From Octopus vulgaris (lineage: Eukaryota): DNA of 64,000 bases. The stretch lies in NCBI GenBank assembly GCA_951406725.2, contig OX597823.1:12338001-12402000 (forward strand), read 5' to 3'. The notes below the pieces were generated by a model that worked only from the letters and a program-made list of their open reading frames with translations, was not told where the DNA came from and made no database searches. Of the stretch, positions 1 through 12,330 are shown in pieces. Position 1 is the first letter of the stretch, and the number at the start of each line of letters is the position of its first letter. The translations under genes and the position numbers were made by a program.

Positions 1-732
1 CAAACTATAATCTCTGCAATTGTTCTGCTTTTTGTAACTTGACGCTTTCGCGTATACATATTCAATATGAAGAACAACGAAAGCAATATTCAGTAACAAG
101 GACAAAAGCAAGCAAAAAGAGAAAGAACAGAAGTTAACAAAATGGCGTTTAAACGTTATCTTGTTTGAACGTTAAGATGTTTTGTAAGGTTGTGTAATCT
201 GTTGTGTATTGTATGGAGTAATCGTAGAAAATCGCCACGCCTTCTACGTGTTTTTGTCTTCTTCATTCTTTCTATTATTAATACAAATAAGAGCAGCATT
301 GACTGCCAAAACAATAAAATCAAGAACGAAACAAGAGAAGCTACGCAATAACAATAATTGTCTCTGTGCTGATCACAAGGGCAACAAAAGAACTGAAAAG
401 AACTACAATATGGGCATTACAAATGTTAGAGGTGCATATATACAAAATACATGCATACGCACACATGGGATCGCATGAGAGCACACACACACACACACAC
501 ATACATATATAGAGATTTGTTCAAGCATATGTATGCATATATATGTATGTGTATATATATCTATTTCTATATACATAAATACATACACAATCCCATACAC
601 ACATATATATAGATTTGTTCAAGCATATGTATGTTTGTAGATATGTATGCATATATATGTATATATATATATGTGTGTATTTAAATATATTTATATATAT
701 ATATATAAATACACACACACACATACACACAG

Positions 733-778
<46 letters not shown>

Positions 779-1546
779 ACATATATGCCGCAGTGCTTTC
801 TTCTATAGAAGAAAGTTACCCATAAGTAGTGTGAATCAAAACCTAAAGAAAATTTATGCATTCTAAAAACCTCGACTACTTTCTGCTCATGTCTGCTTCC
901 TCTGCGCCCTCTGCTCCCCTTTCCTGAATGCAAATTTTCTGACAGAATTCAATGATTTCCTACGTACTAATGCTGCCTCTCTCAACTCCTTATTCACGAA
1001 ATTTACTTAAAAGCCGTCCGTCCCCCGCTTCATTCTGACATTGAAACTTGGAAATATATGCGAGGACCTTGTTGAAGTTATAGAATTACGTCCTGAACCC
1101 CTTTTAGTGGCGTTCATTATGTAACATCCTTAGTTGAAGTCACTAAACAGATGAAAAGTGCTATAACACATTCCACTCACCATGAACGGTTATTAGCGTC
1201 ATGAATCCACTATATAAGTGTATCTGTGTGCTAAGAGAATATTTTTTCCATTGTATTATAGAACTGAAGCTGTCGTGTGTTGGGCTTTACCCAGAAGAAT
1301 AATCTTTCAGAATGAGTGTATTATGGATAGCACTTACTATACAATAATTATTATTATAGGTACTGTTTTCGCTTTCATGACTCACACGCCGTTTCATCAT
1401 CTTCCGAGTACTGTTTTGATCAGAAGGACTCGAGATCTCAATCAAAGTACAACCATTCATTATAATCATGGTCATTCATTCTTTATAATCCTAGCTGGAG
1501 CGTGTGCCTTGGTCGACTAGTCAACTTCTGTAGGTATGTTCCAAGC

Positions 1547-1777
1547 AAGGCGGCGAGCTGGCAGAAACGTTAGCACGCCGGGCGAAATGCGTAGCCGTAT
1601 TTCGTCTGCCGTTACGTTCTGCGTTCAAATTCCGCCGAGGTCCACTTTCCCTTTCATCCTTTCGGGGTCGATAAATTAAGTACCAGTTACGCACTGGGGT
1701 CGATGTAATCGACTTAATCCGTTTGTCTGTCCTTGTTTGTCCTCTCTCTGATTAGCCCCTTGTGGGTAGTTAAGAAA
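1547..1777 (+). mobile_element. tRNA-derived SINE, family A (full length)
   Basis: Head AAGGCGGCGAGCTGGCAGAAACGTTAGC, B-box-like GTTCAAATTCC, central CTTTCATCCTTTCGGGGTCGATAAATTAAGTACCAG (resembles Meta/MESC-type SINE domain, from memory). Flanked by a 16-bp TSD TAGGTATGT(T/C)CCAAGC at 1531-1546 and 1778-1793. Many copies in the window. Confidence 0.85.
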
Positions 1778-2362
1778 TAGGTATGTCCCAAGCGATTGTG
1801 CTAAATCATTGTCGTATACCGTGTTTATATCACTAACCCGTTTATATACAGAAATGCAGACATAGCTGCCGATACGATCAAACCAATAAATACACCCGAA
1901 TTTTTCAAGGAGTGAACATTCGAATTTCATGCATTTCTACTAGTTGCCTATTCAGCATTTGTTGTTAGCATCTTTTTATAAAGATTCTCAGTTTGCAATC
2001 ATTTGTCGCAAAATATTAGTCCCGTGCACTTAAATTTAATGTTTTGCTTTCAACTTAGAGCTTTTCCGTAATTCTGTCTTTCATTCTAATTTAATTCACT
2101 GTTAAGTCTGACAATATAGTATCCAGAGTGATTTTTCTCTGCATTTTCTTTATATATTTTGGAATTAGTTCTGATTTCGTTTTGTTTTCTTTTAATACTT
2201 CCTGCTGTTTTGTCCTTGTCTGAATATTCTTATTATTCTAGCTTTCTAATCTATATATTTTGCTTCCCTATAGAGAACATATTTTTCTTAATGTTTCCTT
2301 ATTATATTTACCTTTTTCTTTTTATTTTTATGAGTTTGTTTGATTCTACCTTTGTTAATTTG

Positions 2363-2575
2363 TACGAGGGAGCTGAAAAATTCCTAGATTTAAGGGTATC
2401 GTAGAATGCATGTTTGAAGGTCCAGCCTTCCGATATCTTTTACAAGGCGAACAAACACTGAAGGACCGCTACAATAAGTGTGTAAATCTGAGAGGAGAAT
2501 ATGTTGAATAAAATCATAACTGATCCTCCTGTGTTTTCTTTTACCTCAAGCCAGGAATTTTTCACATCTCTCGTA
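2363..2575 (+). mobile_element. mariner-derived MITE / internally deleted mariner
   Basis: TA-bounded imperfect TIRs (TACGAGGGAGCTGAAAAATTCCT / AGGAATTTTTCACATCTCTCGTA). Retains a transposase C-terminus RYNKCVNLRGEYVE*. Confidence 0.75.
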
Positions 2576-2638
2576 AGTTTTCTGATTGAGTCTCCTTCGT
2601 GTACGGGGTGGATATATTTAATTTATATCGGCTTTTAT

Positions 2639-2857
2639 GGCGGCGAGCTGGCAGAAACATTAGCACGCCGGGCGAAATGCGTAGTCGTATTTCGCCTGTC
2701 GTTACGTTCTGAGTTCAAATACCGCCGAGGTCGACTTTGCCTTTCATCCTTTCGGGGTCGATTAAATACAGTACCTGTTTCGCACTGGGGTCGATGTAAT
2801 CGACTTAATCCCTTTGTCTGTCCTCTCTATGTTTGGCTCCTTGTGGGCAGTAAAGAA
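2639..2857 (+). mobile_element. SINE family A copy
   Basis: Highly similar to 1547-1777. 24-bp TSD ATATATTTAATTTATATCGGCTTT at 2612-2635 and 2858-2881. Confidence 0.85.
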
Positions 2858-3321
2858 ATATATTTAATTTATATCGGCTTTCGAGTAACAAGTACGGAAT
2901 TTTTATGTTTAAGCCTTTCAATTCTCGTAAGTGCCAGTTGTAGTTTAGACAAGAATTACCTAGTGTATTTCTAACTAATATCTTAGTAGTGAGTTCAATT
3001 TTAATATTACTTTGACTATTCTTTAGTATGCATTTTTTATATTTTCTCATCTACATATTATCAGCTAAGTCTATTGTTGAATATTCTATTGGCAAATCCA
3101 ATTTATTTTTCTAATTTCAGTGTCTGAATCTAATTAAATATTCGCAGGTGAGCTTCTGATTGGATATGGTGAGTCACATGTGGGATAAATTTATAATGTT
3201 TTTCTTTTCTGTTTTGACCAATTCTGCTATTTTATTGTGTTTTTTGTTCTTGCTCTACAGTCTTATAAATATGCTGAATTTCTATTGAATTTAAGGAAGC
3301 AAATTTTCCTGAAAATACTTC

Positions 3322-3540
3322 GGCGGTGGGGTGAATAATCATTAATTCTTTAGCAAAATGTTTTGCGTTATTTGTTCCGGCTCTTTAAATTCTGAGTCCA
3401 TATTCTGCCGAGGTCAACTTTGCTACGCCATCCTTTTCAAGTCGATAAATGGAACTATATTACGAGTAAGGGAGTCAATATAAGAGACTATTCCTATCCT
3501 CTTAAAATTGCTGGCTTTGTGTCTAAATTACAAATCATTT
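3322..3540 (+). mobile_element. degenerate SINE family A (alternative tail)
   Basis: Recognisable TTCTGAGTCCATATTCTGCCGAGGTCAACTTTGC and AAAATTGCTGGCTTTGTG blocks. Confidence 0.55.
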
Positions 3541-4340
3541 TTCGGGAGTGGTTTTGGACGAGGAGAATTGAGCTTTAATCAGATCAAACCTGGTTTCGTT
3601 TGATACTGCAAGTATTCCTGAATAAACAAAAGCATTCAGTTTGTTTATATTTTATAGTTTGAGTCTATGAACAAGATTTAATACGGGGCCGTGTTGCATT
3701 CTTTTATTCTTTTAGTCTCAAGGTTGTTTTTTCTTTCTTGAACAGGGATTGATCCTTATCAATTGTCTTCTTCTTCCTCCGATTACGTCCTCTTCAATAG
3801 TTAAAACTGGGCTGTCGTAAAGTGCACTCTTATACAGTTTGTTATTATGTTTGAGGTCGAGGCTAAAAGTATGAAGTGTCTGCGTGACTTGTCAAACGTT
3901 TCCATGACGTCTTCTACTGTTCTCGTGATTATTTTGGAGTTTGGTGCTTTTTACTTTGTGTCGGTTGCTTGTCGTGGTGCTCCTATAGTATTTTCACCGT
4001 CGTTCGTTGGAGTATTTATTTTATTTGATAGTCTCACTCGTATTGCTTTCTTTCTTTTGCTAAGTTTTATGTTTGCACTTAATGGTTCTTATGCGATACT
4101 TTCATTGGTTTATATTTAGTCATTTTTAATGAAGTGTTACCTGAAATTGCCATATTTTCAGTGTGTATTTTTTCTATGAAATGTTCAATTTATATTTTGA
4201 CGATCTTATATTTTATTATACTCTTGATATTTTTCTCATTTCGTTATTTCCGTTCATCTTTCATACTTTCTTACTATGTTGCTCGAATATATGCTATATT
4301 TAGAATTCATGTGTAATAGAGTAACCTTTCTCAATGCGAT

Positions 4341-4940
4341 GGTATGAGGTGGTCGTGAGAAGTACTAAAAATAACAGTTAAATAGCCCTTAAATCACACA
4401 CCAAAAATTTTGTTTAGTTTTGGCTTATTCCTTACATAATCGCATTAATACCTGTGAGCACAAGACAAATTCGCAAAAAGTTTCTGAACATTCCTGATAA
4501 TAAAAAAGCTATGTGGAGTTATATGGCTTGCTTAAAACGGAATTCCACCCAAATTTCGCAGTGCGAAATTGCGATCACGACGTCTTTTAATTTCTAATTA
4601 TTTTTATTGGTGGCAGTAAGAGACAAACCTTTTTTGCTTTGCTTGGATTTAACCATGAAAGGACGTAATTTCTGTATTACGATCTACAGCAGTTTCATAT
4701 CGTGATCGCAATTTCGCACTACGAAATTTGGGCAGAATTCTGTTTTAAGTACGCCATATAACTCCACATAGCTTTTTTATTGTTAGAAATGTTCAGAAAC
4801 TTTTTGCAAATTTGTCTTGTGTTCACAGGTATTAATTCGATTATGCAAGGAATAAAGCAAAAAATAAACAAAATTTTTGGTGTGTGATTGAAGGGCTATT
4901 TAACTGTTATTTTTAGTACTTCTCATGGTCACTTCATACC
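4341..4940. repeat. fold-back inverted repeat (arms 4341-4580 / 4700-4940), MITE-like
   Basis: ~240-bp arms are reverse complements with scattered mismatches, separated by a 119-bp spacer. No clear TSD. Confidence 0.85.
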
Positions 4941-5511
4941 CTCCTCATTTGTTTGTCACTTTGATGTCTTGATGCTTTTTAATATCTTTCTACCCATAAA
5001 CACATTCATCGGTCTATTGCTGGGATTTAAGACAAAAATTCGAACTGTCTGTATTTTATCTGTGACTAAAAAAAAAATTGAAAAATTTAAAGAATGTTTT
5101 GTTTTTAAATTTCTAAAACTTAGAAAAAAATTGTTCCATAATCAAGTGAATTCCCGTGTCTAGAATACAAATTCAGAAAAGTTTTCTGAAAATTTCAAAA
5201 AATAAAAATAGTTATGAAGTGTTATATGGCGTTCTTAACTCATTAACTGCCAAATTCTTTTATGCATATTTTTTGGTTTTGCCAGGTGTCTTAGGAGTTA
5301 AGATTATATATAGTATTTAAATTTTCTTCATATGTGAATTATACTGGAAAGTTCCAAATGGGAATCGTTGAATAAATGCATATTTATTCTTTTGCATTCA
5401 ATTGCAAATTTTTGTAGCTCAAATATTGCGATTTATGATAAAAAATGTCCTCTAAAATTTGCCAGAGATAATGACAAATTTTAATAACTAAATATTATTA
5501 AACTAAATAAA

Positions 5512-6123
5512 GTCCTCTACAGGTGTCCCCTCGATAGTGATTGGCTCTTCCTACTTGTTGTTGATACGCAGCATTTTTGTTTTTTCTCAGCTGATCCTCA
5601 AGTCCACTCACCGTGAAGTTTTTTTTCCAGGTGGTCTACCTTATCTTGCATGTCTTGCAGGCGATGTGACAGTAGTTTTGGTATGGCTCTGAAACATGGA
5701 GAGCCACCTGCAGCAAGTACAAGAAGATCCAGACCTTCATCAACAGATGTCTCCGGCAGATCCTCCATCTGAAGTGATTCGACAGAGTGCCAAACACCGA
5801 CCTGTGGGAAAGGGCCAACTAGGAGCCCATACATGTTCAGATTAGATGAAAGAAATGGAGATGGATCGGACACACACTGCAGAAAGAACCCTCAAATGTG
5901 ACATGACAAGCACTTGACTGGAACCCGCAGGGGAAAAGGAAGCGAGGACGCCCAAAGCAGACATGGAAGCGGAGCATTTTGGACGAGTTTAGGACCACCG
6001 GCCTGACATGGGAAGCAGCCAAGAAATATGCCAATGACCACAAAAAGTGGAAAACTACTGTTGAGGCCCTATGCTACACATGGGAAAAAACGGAATAAGG
6101 AGAAGAAGAGGAAAAAGAAGAAG
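5512..6123 (+). mobile_element. 5'-truncated, 5'-inverted RTE-clade LINE remnant
   Basis: + strand 5682-6098 reads YGSETWRAT...RWIGHTL...ALDWNPQGKRKRGRPKQTW...VEALC with stops, then a (GAA)-rich tail. - strand 5512-5675 reads LLSHRLQDMQDK...KTKMLRINN...PITIEG (upstream RT part). Candidate TSD AAATATTATT(A/G)AA at 5490-5502 and 6124-6136. Confidence 0.85.
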
Positions 6124-6185
6124 AAATATTATTGAATACACCTCTATAAATGCAATGTACATAAGCAATTCACTTTGAACACGGC

Positions 6186-6365
6186 GAAAATTCTAACTGG
6201 GCCCCACCTGCAAAGTCATGTGCTGTTATCTTGATATGAGATCACCATGTCGCGCACATATGGTTGTGATACATGTGACTAGTGTACCCTTAACAGACGG
6301 GTGCTCATCATGGGTATACTGGGCTTCGTATCACTTTGATGGCATGCACTGCCCTCTCACGCAAT

Positions 6366-6366
<1 letters not shown>
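6186..6366 (+). mobile_element. 3' part of non-coding TAA-associated element (family D)
   Basis: Aligns to ~61593-61785 (AAAATTCTAACTGGG.CCCACCTGCAA...GAGATCACCATGTCG...). Ends in (TAA)n. Confidence 0.7.
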
Positions 6367-6410
<44 letters not shown>

Positions 6411-6412
<2 letters not shown>

Positions 6413-6843
6413 TAGAGAAATTAAGGCCAACAGACCATATATAGTTGTCAGAGATCATGAAGAAAAAAAATGCTTTCTAATTGATGTATCAATACCGGCT
6501 GATGACAACGTGTCTCTAAAAGAAATGGAGAAACTCTCAAAATACAAAGACCTGGAAATAGAGGTAACTAGAATGTGGAATCTGAAAACAGAAACAATTC
6601 CTATCATAGTAGGTGCATTAGGCATGATAAAAAAATATTCAGACAAATACATAACAAAAACACCAGGACTTACAAACACATATAACATACAGAAAATTGC
6701 ACTACTAGGCACTGCACACATCCTACGCAGAACACTTTCCATACAATAACCATCAGAGCATCACAACAAATCACAGCACATACCCAAGGCACACAGAGCT
6801 GCGCTCGGTAGTGAAGTGACAGCACGCTATAAAAATAAAACTA

Positions 6844-6848
<5 letters not shown>
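6411..6848 (+). mobile_element. R4/Dong-clade LINE 3' fragment (restriction-like endonuclease + 3' UTR), subfamily 1
   Basis: DREIKANRPYIVV...LIDVSIP...EKLSKYKDLEIE...IVGALG...ALLGTAHILR is the RLE motif of R4/Dong elements. Embedded in (TAA)n on both sides. Confidence 0.9.
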
Positions 6849-6911
<63 letters not shown>

Positions 6912-6928
6912 TAATAATAATGATAATA

Positions 6929-6959
<31 letters not shown>

Positions 6960-7207
6960 CTTTTTACTAAGAAGCACAAGACTTGAAATTTTGGTTAATT
7001 ACATCAGTCCATTCCATCGATTCCAGTCCCCTCTCTCAAAATTTCAGGACCTGTGCCTTTAGTTGAAAGGATTATTATCATCATCATCATCATTATTATT
7101 ATTATTATCATCATTATTATTATTATTATTATTATGATCATCTTTATCATTATCATTATTATTATTATTGTCATCATCATCATTATCATCATCATCATTA
7201 TTATTAT

Positions 7208-7420
7208 TAAGGCGGTGAGCTGGCAGAATCGTTAGCATGCCGGGCAAAATTCTTTGTGGTATTTCGTCTGTCTCTTCCGTTCTGAGTTCCACTGAGGTCA
7301 ACTTTGCCTTTCATCCTTTCGGGGTCGATAAAATAAGTACCAGCTGAGCACTAGGGTCGATATAATCGACTTGCTCCTCTCTTGAACTCTCTGGCATTTA
7401 GTCAAAATTTGAAACCATTT
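7208..7420 (+). mobile_element. SINE family A copy (alternative tail)
   Basis: Same head and central domain as 1547-1777. Preceded by an (ATT/ATC)n tract that follows a SINE tail remnant at ~7015-7072. Confidence 0.75.
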
Positions 7421-8547
7421 ATATTTTTTATAATTTCTTTTGTTACAGGATCGAACCCGAGAGCAAAGAATTAATCGATTCCTTTGTTTCTTGCACTATT
7501 AAAAAAAGAAATGAGATAACTGAAAAATAAACGCGCTTCCGTTTACACACTCTAGCGTACACACACATGCGCAATCACTAACAAATATGCGTTGCTGTGG
7601 AGAATGACAGCTTAGAACAAACTCTATAGGCTTGACTGCGTTCTAGCTGTCAGGATGTTTGCAAAATATCAAAACGATCTGATATTCGCTTTTCCAGTGT
7701 CCTTGTATTGGTGATTTCAGAGTTTACATAAAACAGCCATTATCATGTGTAAGACGGATGAGGCAAGCAGTAGAAGCTACCGTGAAAATCACCCTGTCAC
7801 TTTCCTTTAACAAGGAAGAGCGTTTACCCTTTCACTGCTTAATGAATATCGCAGTTGTGGTTAAAAGTGTGAGAGGAGGGCAGTTCCTTTGAGGAGAAAT
7901 CGTCATCAACTTCTTCAGGTGCTACTTGAAGAAAGGAAGTTTTGAATATGAGGGACGGCACTGCCTCCCTGTGTATTTTAAGAAAGTTTTGCAAATATGA
8001 CGAAATTGGTGTTGCTAAACAGCTCCACACAAATGATGTAGCATTTACTTGACCTAAAGAATAGAGCAAACGCATTTACTGGTCTTATGTGTTTCAAGGA
8101 ATTTATTATTGTCTGCTTAAGAATGTCTCCATTGCTATTGTTCATGAACTCTTTTACTCGATGCAAATCCACTGTCATTTCTTGTGTGTAGATTACTTAT
8201 GTAATTTACCATTGTATTGTTCCCAAACGTGCAATGAAAAAACTGTTCATATTAATAATTGGGCGGCGAGCTACGACATTCTTCAGAGAGTCGGAAAATT
8301 AGACGTTGCTGCATTTGCTGCGATACTACGCGTTCGGGGTTCAAATACAGCTGGGGTTAACTTTATATTGCACCTAGGATCGATAAAGCAAACCACTGGA
8401 GTTGATATTATCGTCCATTCACCCCTCGAAATTCCTGGCCTTGTGTTTGAACCTGAAACCATTCTTCACCATCATCATCATCACCATCATGTTCTTCATC
8501 ATCATCATCTTCTTGTTATTATTATTAATATTATTATTATTATTATT

Positions 8548-8741
8548 AAGGCGGCGTGGTTGGCGAATGCTTTGCGGCATTTCATCTGTCTTCGTGTTCT
8601 GAGTTCAAATTCCACCGAGATCGACTTTGCCTTTCATTCTTTTGAAATCGATAAATTAAGTAGCATTTACGCACTGGGGGCGGACGTAATTCACTAGTCC
8701 CCTTCTCCAAAATTCAGGCCTTGTGCCTATAGTAGAAAGGC

Positions 8742-8745
<4 letters not shown>
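8548..8745 (+). mobile_element. SINE family A copy ending in (ATT)n; a more degenerate copy lies at ~8262-8462
   Basis: GTTCTGAGTTCAAATTCCACCGAG...CTTTGCCTTTCATTC...GGCCTTGTGCCTATAGTAGAAAGG followed by (ATT)n. Confidence 0.7.
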
Positions 8746-8778
<33 letters not shown>

Positions 8779-9545
8779 ATACCGTATTACTGAATTGAAT
8801 GAAAGAAGCATTTCATGGTAGTTTTACAAATAATCCATATCTGTAGGTCTTTTGGCATTAGTCGTTCTTTTTGAACTATGTAATCTTAGTCAGAATAATG
8901 AGAATAAGGAATTCTCCGTTCAGATGTGAATGTAGTTCAGTAGGGAAATAATTAACAGCTAGATGTCGGTGTGATCTAAGGTGAAGAGGAAAATATGTGT
9001 GCGCATGTATTAGTGTGTCAATGTACGTACGTGTCTGCGTGAAAGCTAATGCAAAAGCAAAGTGAAAGTAATAGATTTAAAATGTTAGTAAATACGTAAA
9101 ACAATAGCAAGGATAAAAGCGAAAGAGAGCATTACAAAAGACGGAAAAAAGAGCGAATAATGACGGATATATAAATAGATAAAATAAATAAATGAATGAA
9201 GAAAGGAATACATATATAAATTGAAGCATGCAGAAATAAATTAATAAAATAAGAATGTAAAACATTGAAAATTATAAAGTAGGACAGAACAGAGGTAAGA
9301 TTAAATGAAAAGAGTGGGGAGAAAAAAAGAGGTTTAAATTAACAATGCAAGGAGACGAATCTATTAGAAAGGCTGAATAAAAATAATCACTAAAAGTTAA
9401 AAATAAAACGTCAAAACCATTGGCAAAGAGAACAATGAATAGATGAGGAAAAAAAAAAAAAAGAAAGGAGAACGCCGAAACTAAATACGAAAGAAATATA
9501 ATAATGAAAAGTTACAAACCTGAGATGGGGAAGAAATAGCATGTA

Positions 9546-9580
<35 letters not shown>

Positions 9581-9727
9581 AAGAGAGTGAGAGAGAGAGA
9601 GAGGAAAAGGGAGAGAGGGTGAAAGAAGAGCGAGGGATAGAGACAAAGGGGGTAGAAATAGTGAGAGGAGGAATTTTAAGGGATGTAAGCAGGTATTAGA
9701 AATATATATACATACGTGTATACAAGC

Positions 9728-9772
<45 letters not shown>

Positions 9773-9854
9773 AATAACATAAATAAATATATATATATCT
9801 ATGAATATACAAATATACATACATGCATAAATAAATATATATATGCATGAATAC

Positions 9855-9909
<55 letters not shown>

Positions 9910-9986
9910 ATGAATGGGAAAATAAATAGGCTGGAAGGTAGATAGGTGGATAGGAAGTTAGTTAAATAGGTTGATATCTTAAGAAG

Positions 9987-10086
9987 NNNNNNNNNNNNNN
10001 NNNNNNNNNNNNNNNNNNNNNNNNNNNNNNNNNNNNNNNNNNNNNNNNNNNNNNNNNNNNNNNNNNNNNNNNNNNNNNNNNNNNNN
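9987..10086. other. assembly gap (100 N)
   Basis: Run of exactly 100 N, typical of a scaffolding gap of unknown size. Confidence 0.98.
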
Positions 10087-10133
10087 CAACTGGATTATAA
10101 GAACAACAGCAACAATAACAATAGCAATAGTCA

Positions 10134-10460
10134 GATGGTGATGGTAATGATGATAATGATGATGATGAAGATGATGACGACGACGACGACGATGACGACG
10201 ACGACGACGACGATGATGATGATGATGACGACGACGACGACGACGATGACGACGATGATGATGATGATGATGATGATAATGATGATGAGGATGATGATGA
10301 TTATGATGATGAGGATGATGACGACGACGACGATGATGATGATGATGATAATAATGATGATGATGATGATGATGATGACGACGACGACGATGACGATGAT
10401 GATGATGATGATAATGATAATGATGATGATGATGATGATGATGACGACGACGACGATGAC

Positions 10461-10496
<36 letters not shown>

Positions 10497-10512
10497 AATG
10501 ATGATGATGATG
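10134..10512. repeat. compound (GAT/GAC)n microsatellite
   Basis: Directly visible. Confidence 0.95.
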
Positions 10513-10739
10513 TTAATCCTTTAGATAGGCGCCAGGCCAGAAACTGCTTTTGTGGTGGATAAGTTGATTTAAATTAAGAAATATTCATGTTAGAACACGG
10601 CTACGTTACAATTTAGCAGTCGCTATACATACACACATACACACACACACACATTCATGAGTGTATGTGGCCGTTTCTATGTCTTATATATATATGTATA
10701 CCTATTTATCCCCATATATATATGTATACCTATCTATCT

Positions 10740-10792
<53 letters not shown>

Positions 10793-10879
10793 CATACATA
10801 TATACAGAAAGACACAGATACACACGCACGCATTCTTGCATGCAGAACACACACACAACACAACACCCCCCACCACATA

Positions 10880-10929
<50 letters not shown>

Positions 10930-11288
10930 GGTATATGTACTTGTACGTGTCATATCATATCCCGAAGCTACCTATTAAAATAATGTTGTTAGTGAATATT
11001 GCAAATCAAATTCCACAGCTGTTTCATTGTTATTGTTGCGCTAGTTGAGATTGCTGCTACACTTGGTGCTGCCGTAATATTCTTTTTTTTCTTCTTTATA
11101 TTGCTATTGCATATGTAAATAGGGTTATTATTATTTTCGTACAGTTCTACAGCTGTTACTCTTACGGCAGGAATAGATAGATATATGTTGGTTCTTTCTA
11201 TTCCACAGCTGTTACTTGTAATACAATTATTCGAGAAATACATTAAGTTGCTCCCTTACATATGTCTATCTATCTATCTATCTATCTA

Positions 11289-11345
<57 letters not shown>

Positions 11346-11899
11346 GTATATGCATATCTATATAAATATAGATATAGATATATATGTATATACAAAGAGA
11401 AAGAGGGTGAGAAAGAGAGATACATATATGTATATACAAGTATCTGTGTACATACAAAAATGCATAATTCTCGTACATATATTTTCATGTTGAAGTTTAT
11501 CGTGTTTTTTGGTGACCATATCCTTTAAACAGATGATAACATTTTATATAAGCATGTGTGTGTTTGTGTGTTTGTGTGTTTATATCATTATCTAATAAAT
11601 TTACACAGACAAACAACTTACTAAAGCACTTGAAATAATGAATTAATAAAACGGGTTTCAGAACAAAATCTAGTCTCTTAAAAATTACCTAAAAAGAAAA
11701 AAAATTATGGTAAGGTAGATTACTTAAGCGGAAAACTGGTATGCATTTAAATAAATTACTGAATGATGTACATAAATACATCCTCACTTAATCAATATTT
11801 CTTTGTAAAATTATGCGCTACTCAAGTACATGTGGTCGATTATTCTGCCTCATTCTAGATTTCAATGGAATTATAAAAGATTAGTGAGACATGTAGAGA

Positions 11900-12330
11900 T
11901 ACTTTTTACTCGCGTTACTCTCTTTTACTCTTTTACTTGTTTCAGTCATTTGAATGCGGCCATGCTGGAGCACCGCCTTTAGTCGAGCAAATCGATCCCC
12001 AGGACTTATTATTTGGAAGCCTAGTACTTATTCTATCGGTTTTCTTTTGCCGAACCGCTAAGTTATGGGGACGTAAACACACCAGCATCGATGTCAAGTG
12101 ATGTTGGGGAGGGGGACAAACACAGACACAGAAACATATACATACATACATACACACATACATACATACGACGGGCTTCTTTCAATTTCCGTCTACCAAA
12201 TCCACTCACAAGGCTTTGGTTGGGCCGAGGCTATAGTAGAAGACACTTACCCAAGGTGCCACGCAGTGGGACTGAACCCAAAACCATCTGGTTGGAAAGC
12301 AAGCTACTTACCACGCAGCCACTCCTGCGC
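11900..12330 (-). mobile_element. tRNA-derived SINE family B (CORE-like, internal microsatellite)
   Basis: Reverse complement of the GCGCAGGAGTGGCTG head, CCTTGGG.AAGTGTCTTCTACTATAGCC CORE-like block, internal (TA/CA)n, and (GAGTAAAA)n tail. Confidence 0.85.

Noticed and set aside
7839-8075. 78-aa non-repetitive ORF, possible host exon
   Set aside because: No recognisable domain and no supportable splice structure.
8089-8697. 202-aa ORF with poly-His
   Set aside because: Runs through two degenerate SINE A copies and a CAT/ATT microsatellite.
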